NCBI GenBank assembly: GCA_021613535.1 | Contig: CP075492.1 | Location: 9,982,001-10,046,000, forward strand | Length of the DNA stretch: 64,000 nt | Origin: Adineta vaga | Lineage: Eukaryota; Animalia; Rotifera | Reading direction: 5' to 3' | Shown here: in pieces, positions 1 through 15,579 of the stretch | How the letters are laid out: every line of letters starts with the position of its first letter | Numbering within the stretch: position 1 is the stretch's first letter | Notes under the pieces: generated by a model | Told to the model about the DNA's origin: nothing | What the model saw: the letters and a program-made list of their open reading frames with translations, nothing else | Databases searched by the model: none | Translations under genes and position numbers: made by a program

Positions 1-1576
1 AGTAACATGTATCAAATGGTTATCGAATCCGAAAACTTATTTTATTGCATCCTATTCAAGTGGTTATTTATATGTATTTGATGAACAACTTAATTATCAA
101 CGTGATACAAATATTCAACCAACATATACAACAATAAAAGATGATGAAAAAAACTTTTCTATATCGTATATAAAGGTAAAACGATTTGTTCGATCATAAA
201 GAGATAATGAATGGATTTGTTTCTATTTTAGAATAAATCTAAACAAGCCCGAAATCCAATTGCACGATGGTCTGTTGGTAGTGGAAGTATCAATGAATTT
301 TCGTTCTCGCCTGATAATATTTTTCTTGCTATTGTCTCACAAGATGGTTTTCTACGGATATTTAATTATGAAAAAATGGAATTAATTGCTTATATGAAAA
401 GCTACTTTGGTGGACTTCTATGTGTCAGTTTTTTTTCCAACTTTTCTGTGTTTCGACATAATGTCAATTTGTTTTAGATTTGTTGGTCTCCTGATGGTAA
501 ATATATAGCGACTGGTGGTGAAGATGATTTTATCACATTATTTACATTCGATCCTGATGAACATATATCTCGTGTTGTATGTCGTGGATACGGGCATACA
601 TCATGGATAAGTGCAATATCATTCGATCCATATATGAACGCAAAAAGTTATTATTCATCATTCGTTCAAACATCTTCATCATCGTTCGATCATGATAATG
701 ATGATTTGAAAAAATCAATACCATGTTCGCGTAGTAATTCGTCATGTTTTGATACGACAATTCCATCTTTATTCTATCGAATTGCTTCAGTTGGTCAAGA
801 TAATCGTCTATGTTTATGGGATATAACTGAAGATATATTAAAATTTAATCCTAATAGTAAACAAAATTCTTCATCATATCCATTAATATCCTCGCCATCG
901 ACATCCAATGGTTATGCATCATCATCCGATGCAACAGTGAATACTCAACCTCCCGTAGGAAAATCTTCATTTTCATCGTTAACATCACGTCTTTCATTTG
1001 TTCGTAATTCCAATAAAATCAATAAATCTGTTGATGATACACCGGATACATCGGTCGTAACAATTTCTAATGGAACATCAAAAAAATCTCGAAAATTATC
1101 TTTATTATCGAATACGTTAACTGGATCGAAATCTTCATCATCAAAATTACAGACAAATTCCGAAGATTCCAATAATGGATCATTATCGACATTAACAACT
1201 AATCAAAATCATTCATCATCACGACAAACTAATTTTGATCTAACAAGAAGTACTTTTGGAACCAATCTTTGTCCTAAACTAGATGATATACAATCGATTG
1301 AACCAGTTATTACTGAATTTATTGCTCATGAACGTTTAAATGGAATTTATTTCGGTGAAAATTATCTTTTGACATCTTCACAAGATGGAATTATTGCTAT
1401 TTGGGAAAAGCCACAGAAACTTCTAAATGCTGAGATTGTATGTAGGAAATAATAAGACTTTTCGAGCTGATCAAAAATATTTTCTCTTTATTTTGTAGAC
1501 TGATGATCTAACAACGAGTTCAACAACATTACCTAACAGTAGTACTCATCATTCGACAGTTTCCCACCGATTATAG
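1..1576 (+). CDS. WDR20: WD-repeat protein 20 / DMWD family (5' end outside window; multi-exon)
   Basis: Spliced translation gives RNPIARWSVGSGSINEFSFSPD...VSQDGFLRIFNY...[43 protein letters not shown] and GTNLCPKLDDIQSIEP..IAHERL, matching WDR20 motifs; last exon 1499-1576 ends in TAG. Confidence 0.9.
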
Positions 1577-2312
1577 ATCCCTTTTTTTTCTTCTTCATTC
1601 TACGAACTAAGAGAAAAACAAACAATATCATACTTTCTATCTGTTCTTCGGTAATTAATATTCTTTCTCTTCTTTATTTCGATTTATTTCTTTTTCTAAA
1701 AAGTTCGGAGAGACAAAGTAGCCGAAAAAAAAATCTATACTTGTTATACCACACACAGATACACCCGGTGATTTTTTTTCTGTTCATATCCGTCAATGTT
1801 TCTTTTCGTTTGAAATTCTCTCTTTTCCGTTCATAAACTCGCCTAAACTTTTCTTCTTGAAGAACATCTGTGTGTTCATGTGTATGCGAATGCTTTTAGA
1901 ATTGCTTTGTACTTGTACTGTGTATCGGACTACTGTTGCTACTTTTCTTTTTCTCTCTCTATCTCTCTCTCTCTTGCGCGCGCTCTAAAAATATCCGTGT
2001 GTTCTCGTTGTTGAAAACAAAGAAAAATTTTGACTGAACGATAATATTCAAATATATCAATGTCCTATAAGAAAACATTTTCTTGTTTGTTTATTTTTCT
2101 TTTCTCTCTAAATGAAAACAAAAACCACAATGATGAAAACTTTCTTTTAATATTTGAATGTGAAGACATGTCGAGGAATAACATGGTTAGCTTGTGTTAT
2201 CTCACATGTTGGATCATTTCTATGATTATTGATTAATCTTCTCTCTGAGTGGTTTTGTTTTTTATTTATTGAATTAACTGTTTTTTTTGTTTGTTTGTTT
2301 GATATTTTCTAG

Positions 2313-3699
2313 ATGAAAGCAACAAAATCCATTCCACCACTACTCTCATGTCAAGCATTAAAAGATTTATTACGATCGTCATCACAGAAAATATCCGTAC
2401 TTGAAGCAGATATTGGTAAACAATTTGAAAAGGAATTTCTGCAGTAAGTTTCATTGAATTGTGCGGAAAGGAAGAGAATTAAGAGATTTATTTCAATTTA
2501 GTGCTCATATTCCACAAGCTCGTTTTTTTGATCAACTTGAATGTACTCAACCAACGAAACTTATTCCGCGTGGTTTACCTGAAATCAAATGTTTCGAATC
2601 GTATCTTTCACGTTTAGGTGTATCAAATAAAGATCATATTGTTCTATATGATCGTTCACCAATCGGTTTCTATGCATCAAGTCGAGCTTGGTGGTTATTA
2701 AGAGTAAAATGCTTTTATCAACAATTATATTGGTAGTAATTGAACTTTAATTTAGACATATGGAGTCGATAGTTTATCCATTCTTAATGGTGGGTTTCAT
2801 AAATGGGTAAAAGAAGTGGATGACTTAGAATCATCAGTTGATAATCAAACATCGAAATCAAATGAAGAAGTACTAAAATAAGTCGACAAGTCAATACAAA
2901 ATATATCATTATCGTATTTTTTATTTTTTCTATCCAGACTGGAAAATTTACTGTACAATTAAATGAGAAAATGTTAAAAGATTTTAAAGATATGTTGAGT
3001 ATTGTTTCTACCAATAATACAAACCAACAAATTGTTGATGCACGACCACCTAATCTTTTTAATGGTAAATTTCATTGACCGTCTAATTACGGCAGCATCC
3101 GATCATTTTAGGTTCTAATGCTGGTCATTTACCAAATTCGGTTAATGTTCCATATACTGACGTATTCGATCCAAACAATCAATGTCTTAAATCCAAAGAA
3201 GAACTTAAATCAAGTGAAATTTAACAATTGAATAAGTCTTACTTTGCATCGTTTGTTTTTTCGTTGTTTAGCTTTTGAAAAGGCCGGTGTTGATCTGTTG
3301 AAACCAACAATCTATAGTTGTCAAACAGGAACGACAGCGAGTACATTAGCTTTTATTGCACATGTTCTTGGTCAAAAAACATATTCAGTTTATAATGTAA
3401 GAAGAAAACTTCATTCTTTCGGAGAGCTCTATGCACATTACTATCTCGACGTCTATATAAATGTTGATTGAGAGAGAAAGTTTCTGTGCGAAATTAAACA
3501 TGGCTAAAATTGAATTTTTCGTCAAAACCTAAGGGCTGTTTGACATAAAGATGCTAGTCAATTGCAGCAGTATAGTTTTGAAACAAATCTTGATTTATTT
3601 TCTTTTTTCTTTTAGGGTTCATTCACTGAATGGCAACAACGAGCTCCAAAAGAATATATTATAAATGAGAAAAGTAACTCACCTGCTACTGGTGCATAG
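2313..3699 (+). CDS. Tandem-domain rhodanese / 3-mercaptopyruvate sulfurtransferase-like (multi-exon)
   Basis: HIPQARFFD, LGVSNKDHIVLYD, SRAWWLL, LNGGFHKW, VDARP, GHLPNSVNVPY, active-site loop CQTGTT, YNGSFTEW; GT-AG introns. Confidence 0.85.
3433..3588 (+). ncRNA. Candidate intronic box H/ACA snoRNA (last intron of the rhodanese gene)
   Basis: Hairpin 1 (GCACA 3433/TGTGC 3485; TCGACGT/ATGTTGA), H box AAATTA 3491-3496, hairpin 2 (TCAAAAC/GTTTTGA, GCTG/CAGC, TTGAC/GTCAA) with an internal pocket 14 nt before ACA 3583-3585; host intron is about 219 nt versus the usual ~55 nt. Confidence 0.6.
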
Positions 3700-3822
3700 A
3701 ATTGTGAAAAAATATCTTTCATTTTACGTTTCTTTCATTTTTAATTATTTATTAAGATAAAAGTTACTTTTGTTAGAAAATAGTTTATATCGATTATTTA
3801 TTGCAACGATCTTTCATTTCAG

Positions 3823-4607
3823 ATGATTTTACCCGGCAAAGCGGGTTATCAGTTACTAACGCGGTGGCGACCGCTTTTAACACAGCCATCTGTACGTACA
3901 ATTATCGCTGGTCGTTCACGTTCTGAAACACCACAAGCTGTTCCTGATGGTTAGTTGAATGAATTTTTTTTACTTTTATACGTTCTTCTTTTAATCTATT
4001 AATAGATTGGGGTACGGCAAAACCATTGGATAAAGAAAGTAAATCATCACCATTAGTACGCAATGAAAAACGCGTTGGTGCACCGGATGAAGTCAAAGGC
4101 AAAGAAATTGAAATTTTATGGCCAACAGAACGTGAAATACAAGAAGGAGAATACACAAAACCACAATGGGAAAGAAAACAAGTCAATGTAAGTTGAATTT
4201 AATATTCATATGCTCAATTTCGAATGAACATTTTCAACTGTATATATGTATACATATTTTCCAGCATATTTGGTATGGTTATGATTACAATGATAAATTT
4301 CGGGATGAAGCCAAAATGAAACAACGAATGTTTTCACTTGTTTCTGTTGGAATCTTTCTCTTTTGGTTTACCTATAGATATTTTCCTGATCGTTTGTAAG
4401 TTCATTTTGATTTATAAATCATTCGATTATGAAAAAGATTTTGATTTTAGACAAACCCATTGGTGTCACCGTGAAGCTTATCTTCGCTTAGCTGCACGTG
4501 AAAGTCTTGGTCAACCGGGTGTGAGTCCATGGTATGTCGATCCAGTTAAAATTGCACCATTTTTACCAAGTGATGAAGAACTTGGCGATATGCCTATTGA
4601 AATTTAG
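3823..4607 (+). CDS. NDUFB11: NADH:ubiquinone oxidoreductase subunit ESSS/NDUFB11 (4 exons)
   Basis: Arg-rich presequence; WYGYDY..D, one TM, YFPD..HWCHREA..RE..G.P..YVDP.KI..LPSDEEL pattern typical of NDUFB11. Confidence 0.8.
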
Positions 4608-5470
4608 ACAAAAGAAAAGGAAAAACAGTAGATTATTATTATTAACACTCACACGGTTTTTTTTTTCATCCCTCTTTTTTCAATCTTTCTCGCTCTACTT
4701 GTGTAAATGACTGTGGTCTTTTTTCTTTTGGATATTAAACACATAAATATAACCGAAATAACACCACACTATTTATTGTCATATAGTAATCTATCATATT
4801 CTTAAAAACGATTACTAAATGTATGATTAGAATTATCTTCATATCGAAAACTGAATAGAATCGATTTGGACTAACAATAAACAAAGAAAATCATTGAATT
4901 CACTCTGCCTATAGTATTTGATTTTCTTAGCCGATATCCGTATCAACGATATAACTTACATAAAGCCGAATACTATTGTTATAAGGACATTTTCCTAACA
5001 AAATGACAATTCAAACATAAACGTCCGCGAATATCGTCCATCGTTGTACAAAAAGAAAGGCTTTCTTCTACATATACAAACTTCAATCGACATTGTCGAA
5101 AATGTCAGCGGACGATTTGAAATTCGACTAATTCTCTAACCAATAGGCATATTTGCACGAGTTGTTGTTATCAGATCAAACAAGAGAATGCTATTGTTTT
5201 TTACTAATTCATGAATTCGCTTTCCATCTTTCTTTCTCTCCAGCTGATATGATACAAAGGAACATGTACTTACAAAACATTGTATTCACTCATTCTGTTC
5301 TCTGTTTACATATGCATGTGCATGTGCATATATATATATAGGCAGTGAACATATGGTTTCCTTCGTCATTATTCGACACAGATCGTATTGATTCGTCAAT
5401 TCAACAGCAAGGAATAGTTTGATCCATATTGACCGAATCACTCGTATTTTATATTAATTCAATAGAAGTA

Positions 5471-6847
5471 ATGATGATCAATTCGTGTGGAACTTCTCGT
5501 AAACGAGCCTTTGGTTCTGATAAAGAAAATATATGGCCAACAATGTTAGGTATAGAAGCGTAAGTAGAAAACATCTAATTATTATTGATTTTCAATAGTT
5601 TTCTTTTCATCTAGTAATGAGAATGGTTTAGTAATAAAACAACCACGTTTGGCACTTGGTTCAGCAGTTATGGATAATAATATTTTCAATACAAGTTAGT
5701 ATTATTTGAATAAATATAAACTATAAATATCAAGAATGATTGAAATTTATTAAATTCTAGTGCCATATTCACCTCCAGACAATTTCTTCCTCACATCCGT
5801 AGATCGTAAGTTTATGAAAGCAAACTAAACTGTCTGTCATTTAACATGATTGATTCTTCATCTAGCTTGGTCACCTTTGAAATCTGAACCAATTCCACTT
5901 CTTACTACACCTGATCATCGATCACTTAGTCAGTAAAATCAACTAGTTTTTATCTTTTGTTTTTATTATCAAACTTTCTTACAGATCGTCCTGAAACTCG
6001 TCACAAAAATGGTGCTAGTCGACAAATATTAAAATGGACTCGATCCATTGGTGAATACGGTGATGGAAATAATGCATTTCGTGAACCAAATAGTGTTGCA
6101 TGGCTTGAATGTGGCAAAATTGCTGTTGTTGATACCAATGCACATTGTATAAAAATATTCGATAGTGAAACGGGTCAATTTCAATATTCATTTGGTCGTG
6201 GACGAACATTAGGTTGTCAAAATTTACTCTATCCATATCGTTTAGCTGTTGTACCGAATGGTAACGATCAATTGGTTGTTATTCAACGTCATCCTCGACC
6301 ACAAATTCATATATTCAGTTGTCAAGGAGAGTTTATTCGTCGATTTGGTCAACATTTAGAAAAACCACGTGCATTGACTGTGGATAAATCACATCGAATA
6401 TTAGTTATCGAATCTCAAATACAAAAATTACATATTTTTTCACTCTATGGACAAATTCTCAATGTCGTTTCATTCCATCAACATTTACAATTTCCAACAT
6501 CGATTTGTTCGAATAATTCGGAAATTTTCATCTCAGATAATCATCTTCATTCGATCAAAGTTTTCTCCTATACAGGACAATTACTTCGTGAAATTAAAGA
6601 TGATATTTATATTCAATTTCCAACAAATATCAAATTAAATTCTAAAGGACAATTAATTATTATTGATAATCATCAAGGTTTAAATATTACAGTTTATGAT
6701 GAAAATCAACAAAAGAAACGTTTAGGTGCTTATACAGCACGCATATGTCATTCACAAATTCTTGATGTAGCTATTCAATCGAATACAAATATTCTTCATT
6801 TAGCTTCGAAAGATTATCGAGTTTACACTTATCAATTACTTTTGTGA
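5471..6847 (+). CDS. Brat-like NHL six-bladed beta-propeller protein with short N-terminus (5 exons)
   Basis: GEYG..FREPNSVA, DTNAHCIKIFD, LLYPYRLAVV, HLQFP, EIFISDN, DNHQGLNITVY, LASKDYRVY are colinear with the Drosophila Brat NHL domain; upstream exons 5471-5559, 5615-5694 and 5761-5806 splice in phase. Confidence 0.8.
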
Positions 6848-7197
6848 ATAAATGTGTTTTCTTTTCTCTTACAAAACTTGTCTGTTTAGTCTTCTTTTTT
6901 TTGCCGTTCGAGATTTGTTCATATTTTTTTATCAAGTTAACGTTCGGACTTTCTCTTTCTTAAATATATTTTTATTTTTTTACATTGCAAACAATCTATA
7001 GCGTCATCTGTTGTCGAAAAAAAAAGATTTTTATTAGTCGTCGAAGGCTTGGCCGTTGATAATTGGTTGAAATCGATTCATCAAATGAAGTAGATTACAT
7101 GAGAATATTATTTGAGATACTAGTTTGTGAAAAATAATAGAATTACCATCGTCAAAAGAGAAAATAATCAATAGTTCATTGAAATCCATTTCTCTAG

Positions 7198-10370
<3,173 letters not shown>

Positions 10371-10718
10371 TAGTTACTTTTTTGTCGCTCACTTCTTTTT
10401 TTACTCGTTTTGTTATTTAACATATTATCGTTTCATGAGATGTTCATCTGTACAAAGACAAGAAAGAAAATCATTTTGCTAATAATCAGACATTTGTTGT
10501 CTATTGTATTTTGTTCATTTGTATACACGGCAAAGCTTGAAGAATGAAATATTTCTTAGCATTTTTAGATATATCATGTATGATATATTATTGATCAATA
10601 ATCATTTGTTAATATTCGAATTTCTTGAAAAGAAATAGCGATTCATCAATCACAAGCTTTTTTAATGACTAAAACTTGAGAAAGTTTTTGTCTTATTTAT
10701 TTCATTATAATCAATTAT

Positions 10719-11138
10719 TTATAACTTTTTAAGCTTAGTTAACGTTGCGGTACAATTCGATTCTACACAACGAAAGAAACTACAATGATTATTGGCACAT
10801 TGAGCATTACGCGCACAAGCACCACAATGTTTCATAGCACAGTATCGTGATATCGTGCAATATTCTTTCGTTGTTGAACAGTTACTGTCTGAACGACATG
10901 ATTGGCGACACATTTTATCATGACATTTATCACTTACACATTCATTATCGCTTTGGCATGTAGTATTCAATGAATATTTCAGTAGACACACACGTTGTTT
11001 CGTATTGCAAAACTGAGTTTTTGTACATTGAGATTGCCTTGTACAATTAACGATCGGAACTCTTGTTGTGTTAAGAGCATATAAATTTGTAGTGAAGAAT
11101 ACCAGCAAAATAGCGAGTAAAATCGATTGAAAATACAT
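10719..11138 (-). CDS. Small secreted cysteine-rich protein (139 aa, 18 Cys, four C-x5-C-x4/6-C-x4/6-C modules)
   Basis: Single-exon ORF with hydrophobic signal peptide and regular Cys spacing. Confidence 0.75.
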   Translation of the reverse strand: MYFQSILLAILLVFFTTNLYALNTTRVPIVNCTRQSQCTKTQFCNTKQRVCLLKYSLNTTCQSDNECVSDKCHDKMCRQSCRSDSNCSTTKEYCTISRYCAMKHCGACARNAQCANNHCSFFRCVESNCTATLTKLKKL

Positions 11139-11317
11139 TGTAGAAAGAGATGATCGTAATGGTAGATTTTTCAGTGACCTCTGTATATATATATATACGA
11201 GAAATTATTGTGTAACATATGCTATAAATGATACAGATGTGACTCGAAGAAGTTATTCAGTAAATCTGTTATCTTCAATGTAACCATAGTAATTTTTGAT
11301 TCTTATTCATCAAAACT

Positions 11318-12135
11318 ATGAATAATTTCATTGATATTCAGATGTTTATTATCGATTACATTAAATTATTAGAAAAAGTACATTCATCAGAGAGAAACAT
11401 TTTGGCAATTAAAGTCGATAAAGACATATTTCTACTTCCAGCAACATTGAATTATTTTTCACAACGAACGAATGATCTCAAAATTCAATTACAACGTCAA
11501 ATGCGTTCTCTTGCACAAAAACGACGATACAAGATTTCCAAAGGTATTGATGCTGAACATGAAACTATTAATATTCAAAAGATATCTTACATCTTCAACG
11601 ATGATTTACCAGATAGAATTGATCAATTATCAAAGGATATATCTGATAAAAATGCGCGTACTATGCTAGGATATATTCAAGCTATACTTGATTCATTTGA
11701 ATTATATAATGATATATTAACAAGAAAAAGTTCTTCAAATGTAACATTTTGTCTATTACCAATATTACAAAATATTCATAAACAAGTAAAAATCAATTTA
11801 CATTGGATGTATCTTGTTAATTGATTCTCATTTAGTTATGTTGTCTATCGAGAATGATTCAGAATATTCTCGACGAGAATTCTTTGATGATAAAAGAGCA
11901 TTTATCAAAACTACAAGAGAAATTAGTTTCGTTTCATAGAAATATGAAAAATAACTTTGATCAATATATGTCACGTGATATTCGACCACCTACACTTGTG
12001 ATTCCATGTCCACCTCACACTTTCTCGCGAGAGATATATACTAAGATCAAATCATCAAATGCATTTATTGATGATGACAACGACTCTGATTATACTCTTA
12101 CAAATGTTGGTAGTGAAGATTCATTATCAAAGTGA
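11318..12135 (+). CDS. Uncharacterized, probably helical protein (~255 aa, 2 exons)
   Basis: ORFs 11318 and 11854 joined by a phase-0 GT-AG intron at 11786-11835; no recognised motif. Confidence 0.6.
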
Positions 12136-12255
12136 TCTATAATGAACACATCAAAGAACAAGAGTTATAATATAATAATCGAGTTTATTAAAAAATCAAG
12201 GATATTAATATAAAGAAATTCAATATTCAAGTCCATTTTTTAACATAATACACAT

Positions 12256-13851
12256 TTACGTGTCTTTTCTTTTTCGTTTCTTATCTAGAATGAAACATTG
12301 TAATTTCTTAAAATTGAAATACAATCTATACCTTCTATTGCCATTTGTGAAATACATCGATCTCGTACTTGATTTTCACAAACTAATAGACAACCTAGAT
12401 GATATTTCTCACTAGAAAAATTCAAATCATTCGATGTAGATGTCGATAATAAACGAGGATCATTATAAATCACTTGACATCCTATATCAGGAATTTTTCG
12501 TAATCTATTCTTTTTAAGCATTGGTAAATTATGAATATTACAAACACGTAAACGAATTCTAAACGAAAAGAATTTTTTTTCTTAGAACATTATATTATAT
12601 CATTTTGATCTGACTCATATTGTCCTTGTTGAATTTGATCTGAAGATAAATAAATAACATCTGGATTGACAAGATTGGAATTTTCAATTGGAGCAAATCG
12701 ATCATGAAGTTTATTTACATTATCATATATACCCTTGGATGCATGACGATAAAAAGTACCACTAGAATCACATTCAGTCAGAACGTACAAGCGTAAAGAC
12801 CAACGAGAATTCCATTGTGATTTGGGAATTTCAAACTGTAGAAAAGAAAATAAAAATAAAGTTTTGATTTTTGTTTTGTAAAACAAAAACTCATTTTACA
12901 TAAACTAGTGGATGTAATGTAGGATCATTTGTATTCGATCCTCGTAGAAGAACTCCGCCCAGTATTGAACTATAGGATTAATCAAATCACATATTATTGT
13001 ATATATATATATGAATATCATACTTTGAACTTCCTTTTCGAACCATATCACTTTCATATTGTCTTCGTTGATGATCAGCAATATCAATTTCAAAACGAAA
13101 TTTCAAAGATTGAGATATAACTAACAATGATACAATTTTTATTAGTTATTTTCTTTCATCAACACATCAAATCTAACCGAAATCAGATTCATTGGATAGT
13201 TTATGTCGTTTTCCTGATTCTACTTGAGACGATGTGCTAACGCCATATAAATCAGTGATATTTATCACTTAGGAATAGAATTGAAAACAAAAAACAACTT
13301 ATTTTTCTAAATCTAAACTGACAAATGATTTACTCGAATCTAATGATGATGTACTATCATCAATTTGATTATTTGTTTCAGATGTTGACTGTTCTATAGA
13401 TTTGTCGCTGTTTTTCTTCGGTGGATAATTATTTATGTCAACAGTTACTGGGTCACTGGATGTAAGATCTACGAATATAAAAAGAAAAGAAAAAACAAGA
13501 CAATGTGGAATGTTCTTGGCTGATAGAAAACATACTGATCCTTGCCATTTTATTAGGGATTACATTCAAACACCAAATCTTTTCATTTCTTGTTGAAATA
13601 TCTGATGTTTGAAGTTTCTGAAGAAGTTCTCGAAAATCATCAAGTGTATTATCGGATAAATCAATAAATGTTTGATAAATTTCGTCATAATATTGGATTT
13701 GATAATTGATAAAATCTATTGATTGTTGTAAAGAATACACTTTTATGATTGACTGTTTGATAGTATCCAAATTATCGTTATTATCGACATAGATGAATCG
13801 TCGATGTTGTTCCCAACAAACTAGCAATTTATTGCATTCATCATTAGCCAT
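12256..13851 (-). CDS. Protein with N-terminal PB1/ubiquitin-like-looking domain, S/T/D linker and divergent Rel-homology-like DNA-binding domain ending in a KKRKRK NLS (8 exons)
   Basis: Phase-consistent GT-AG splicing gives ...HQRRQYESD...GGVLLRGS..HPLVYFEIP..LRLYVLT..YRHASK...YHLGCLL..CISQMAIEDKKRKRKDT*. Domain calls are by eye. Confidence 0.6.
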
Positions 13852-14837
13852 CCTTCCGAAGTTAATCAATGACAATATTTACAATGATACTCACCTTTGA
13901 ATAAGTTGGAAAGGAGGAAAAAACCAACTAGATACCTTATAAGTTAACACTGAAAAAAAAGTCACGACTCATTTAACTGTAAAAGAAATATGTAAAAGAA
14001 CAAACAGTCATTTGTTGAATCATTACAAAAATCACAAATGAGTCATATTTTATAGTTTATCACTAAGACCAATGGAAGATTCAACGCAGAATATGTTGTA
14101 AAAATAGAATCTCATATCCGTACTTGTGTTTTTGAAAATATACTCGGATGTTTATACTCATAAATAATAAATCAAATACTTTTCATATGATGAAATTGAT
14201 TGTCGTCGATGATTAATCTCTATTTTATGATAATAATTAGTCTTTCAACTATGGAGAGGTATATCAACTAGCAAATACTGTTTTTTTTTCTATAACAAAA
14301 AGTCACATGAGATGCTTTTTTCCTTCTAAAGATTTCATTTCGGTAGGTCACATCTGGTTCTTATCAAGTAAATGCAATGATATATCCAACTTTAATTTGC
14401 TTTTCAAAACCCAAAAACAAATCTCTCTTTTGTTGTTTTGTTCTAGTTATTTTTATTAGAAAAGATTTTTCATATGAATATGATGATCTTATCTTTTCAC
14501 AGATGAATCGTTCCATAGTATAGTTTTTTGACATTAACAGCGAATGAAAAAATAATCAACATGGATACATTTCTTTCTTTATGTGGGCAGATATAGATAG
14601 ATATATATAAACTTCTGTTGTTTGTCTTTATTGCATTTCAACAGATAGACATAGGACAAACAGAAAACCACACAAAAAATATTGTGCCATTTCTAACAAT
14701 ATAATATAGAACATCTTGCAATTCAATGCGCAACTAGGAAATTAACATTGTTGCCAGGAGTCTATATTCGTTCTTGATGTGAGCGTATGATCGCAATTGA
14801 AAGACGAGGATCTGAAGCATCGGAAGAACACATACAG

Positions 14838-14862
14838 CGAGAGAGAGAGAGAGAGAGAGAGA
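14838..14862. repeat. (GA)n microsatellite
   Basis: Perfect GA run upstream of the GPCR; similar runs near 1951, 52521 and 62096. Confidence 0.9.
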
Positions 14863-15579
14863 TGGAGGGAGGGAGAAGAAAGAAAAAGTTGAGAATAGAA
14901 AAGAAGGAGAGCTTTGACTACTAATACCATTTCGATTAATCTAACCATAATAGAAAAATATCTTGTGAGATGATTGTATTTCGTTGGACATCATCTAACA
15001 CAGCAGGAGTTATGCCCATGTTACTGTCAGTTCTATCTATTACGGTGTGTCATATCATTCTGTTTTTGTATTCTGACATTTAGTATAGATGAGACAAAAA
15101 AAAACAAGTTTACCCATCGATCGACAAGAAAAGAAACAAGAGTATTATTCTCATCAAAAGACATCAAGCAGTCAGCAGAACGATTAGAGACAATCAGCAC
15201 AAGGAAACACCCTACTGCCATCATCTTACTTGTGTTATCGTGTTGAGAGTATATATATATCTTTCATTTTCTCGTTCGATCTACTAGACTAAATATCTAC
15301 TTATGTCACGTTCGATTATTTCTTACTATAAAACCGACATCGAATGATCAATCAGAATAATGATGAAACTAATTTGAAGATAAGTAAATACGCATTTACA
15401 ATTCATCACTTTTTCATGTCTACTTCTTCTTCGTGTTATTTTTTGGCTTGCTTCTCTCTTCCATGTTCTTTTTTTTTGTGTCTCTAGATCGTTTCTATCT
15501 ATTGTCAGTTTGTCAATTGACATAGTATCACATAAAGAATTCTTTAGACAAGTATGTGTTTATTAGTAATATTACAACA

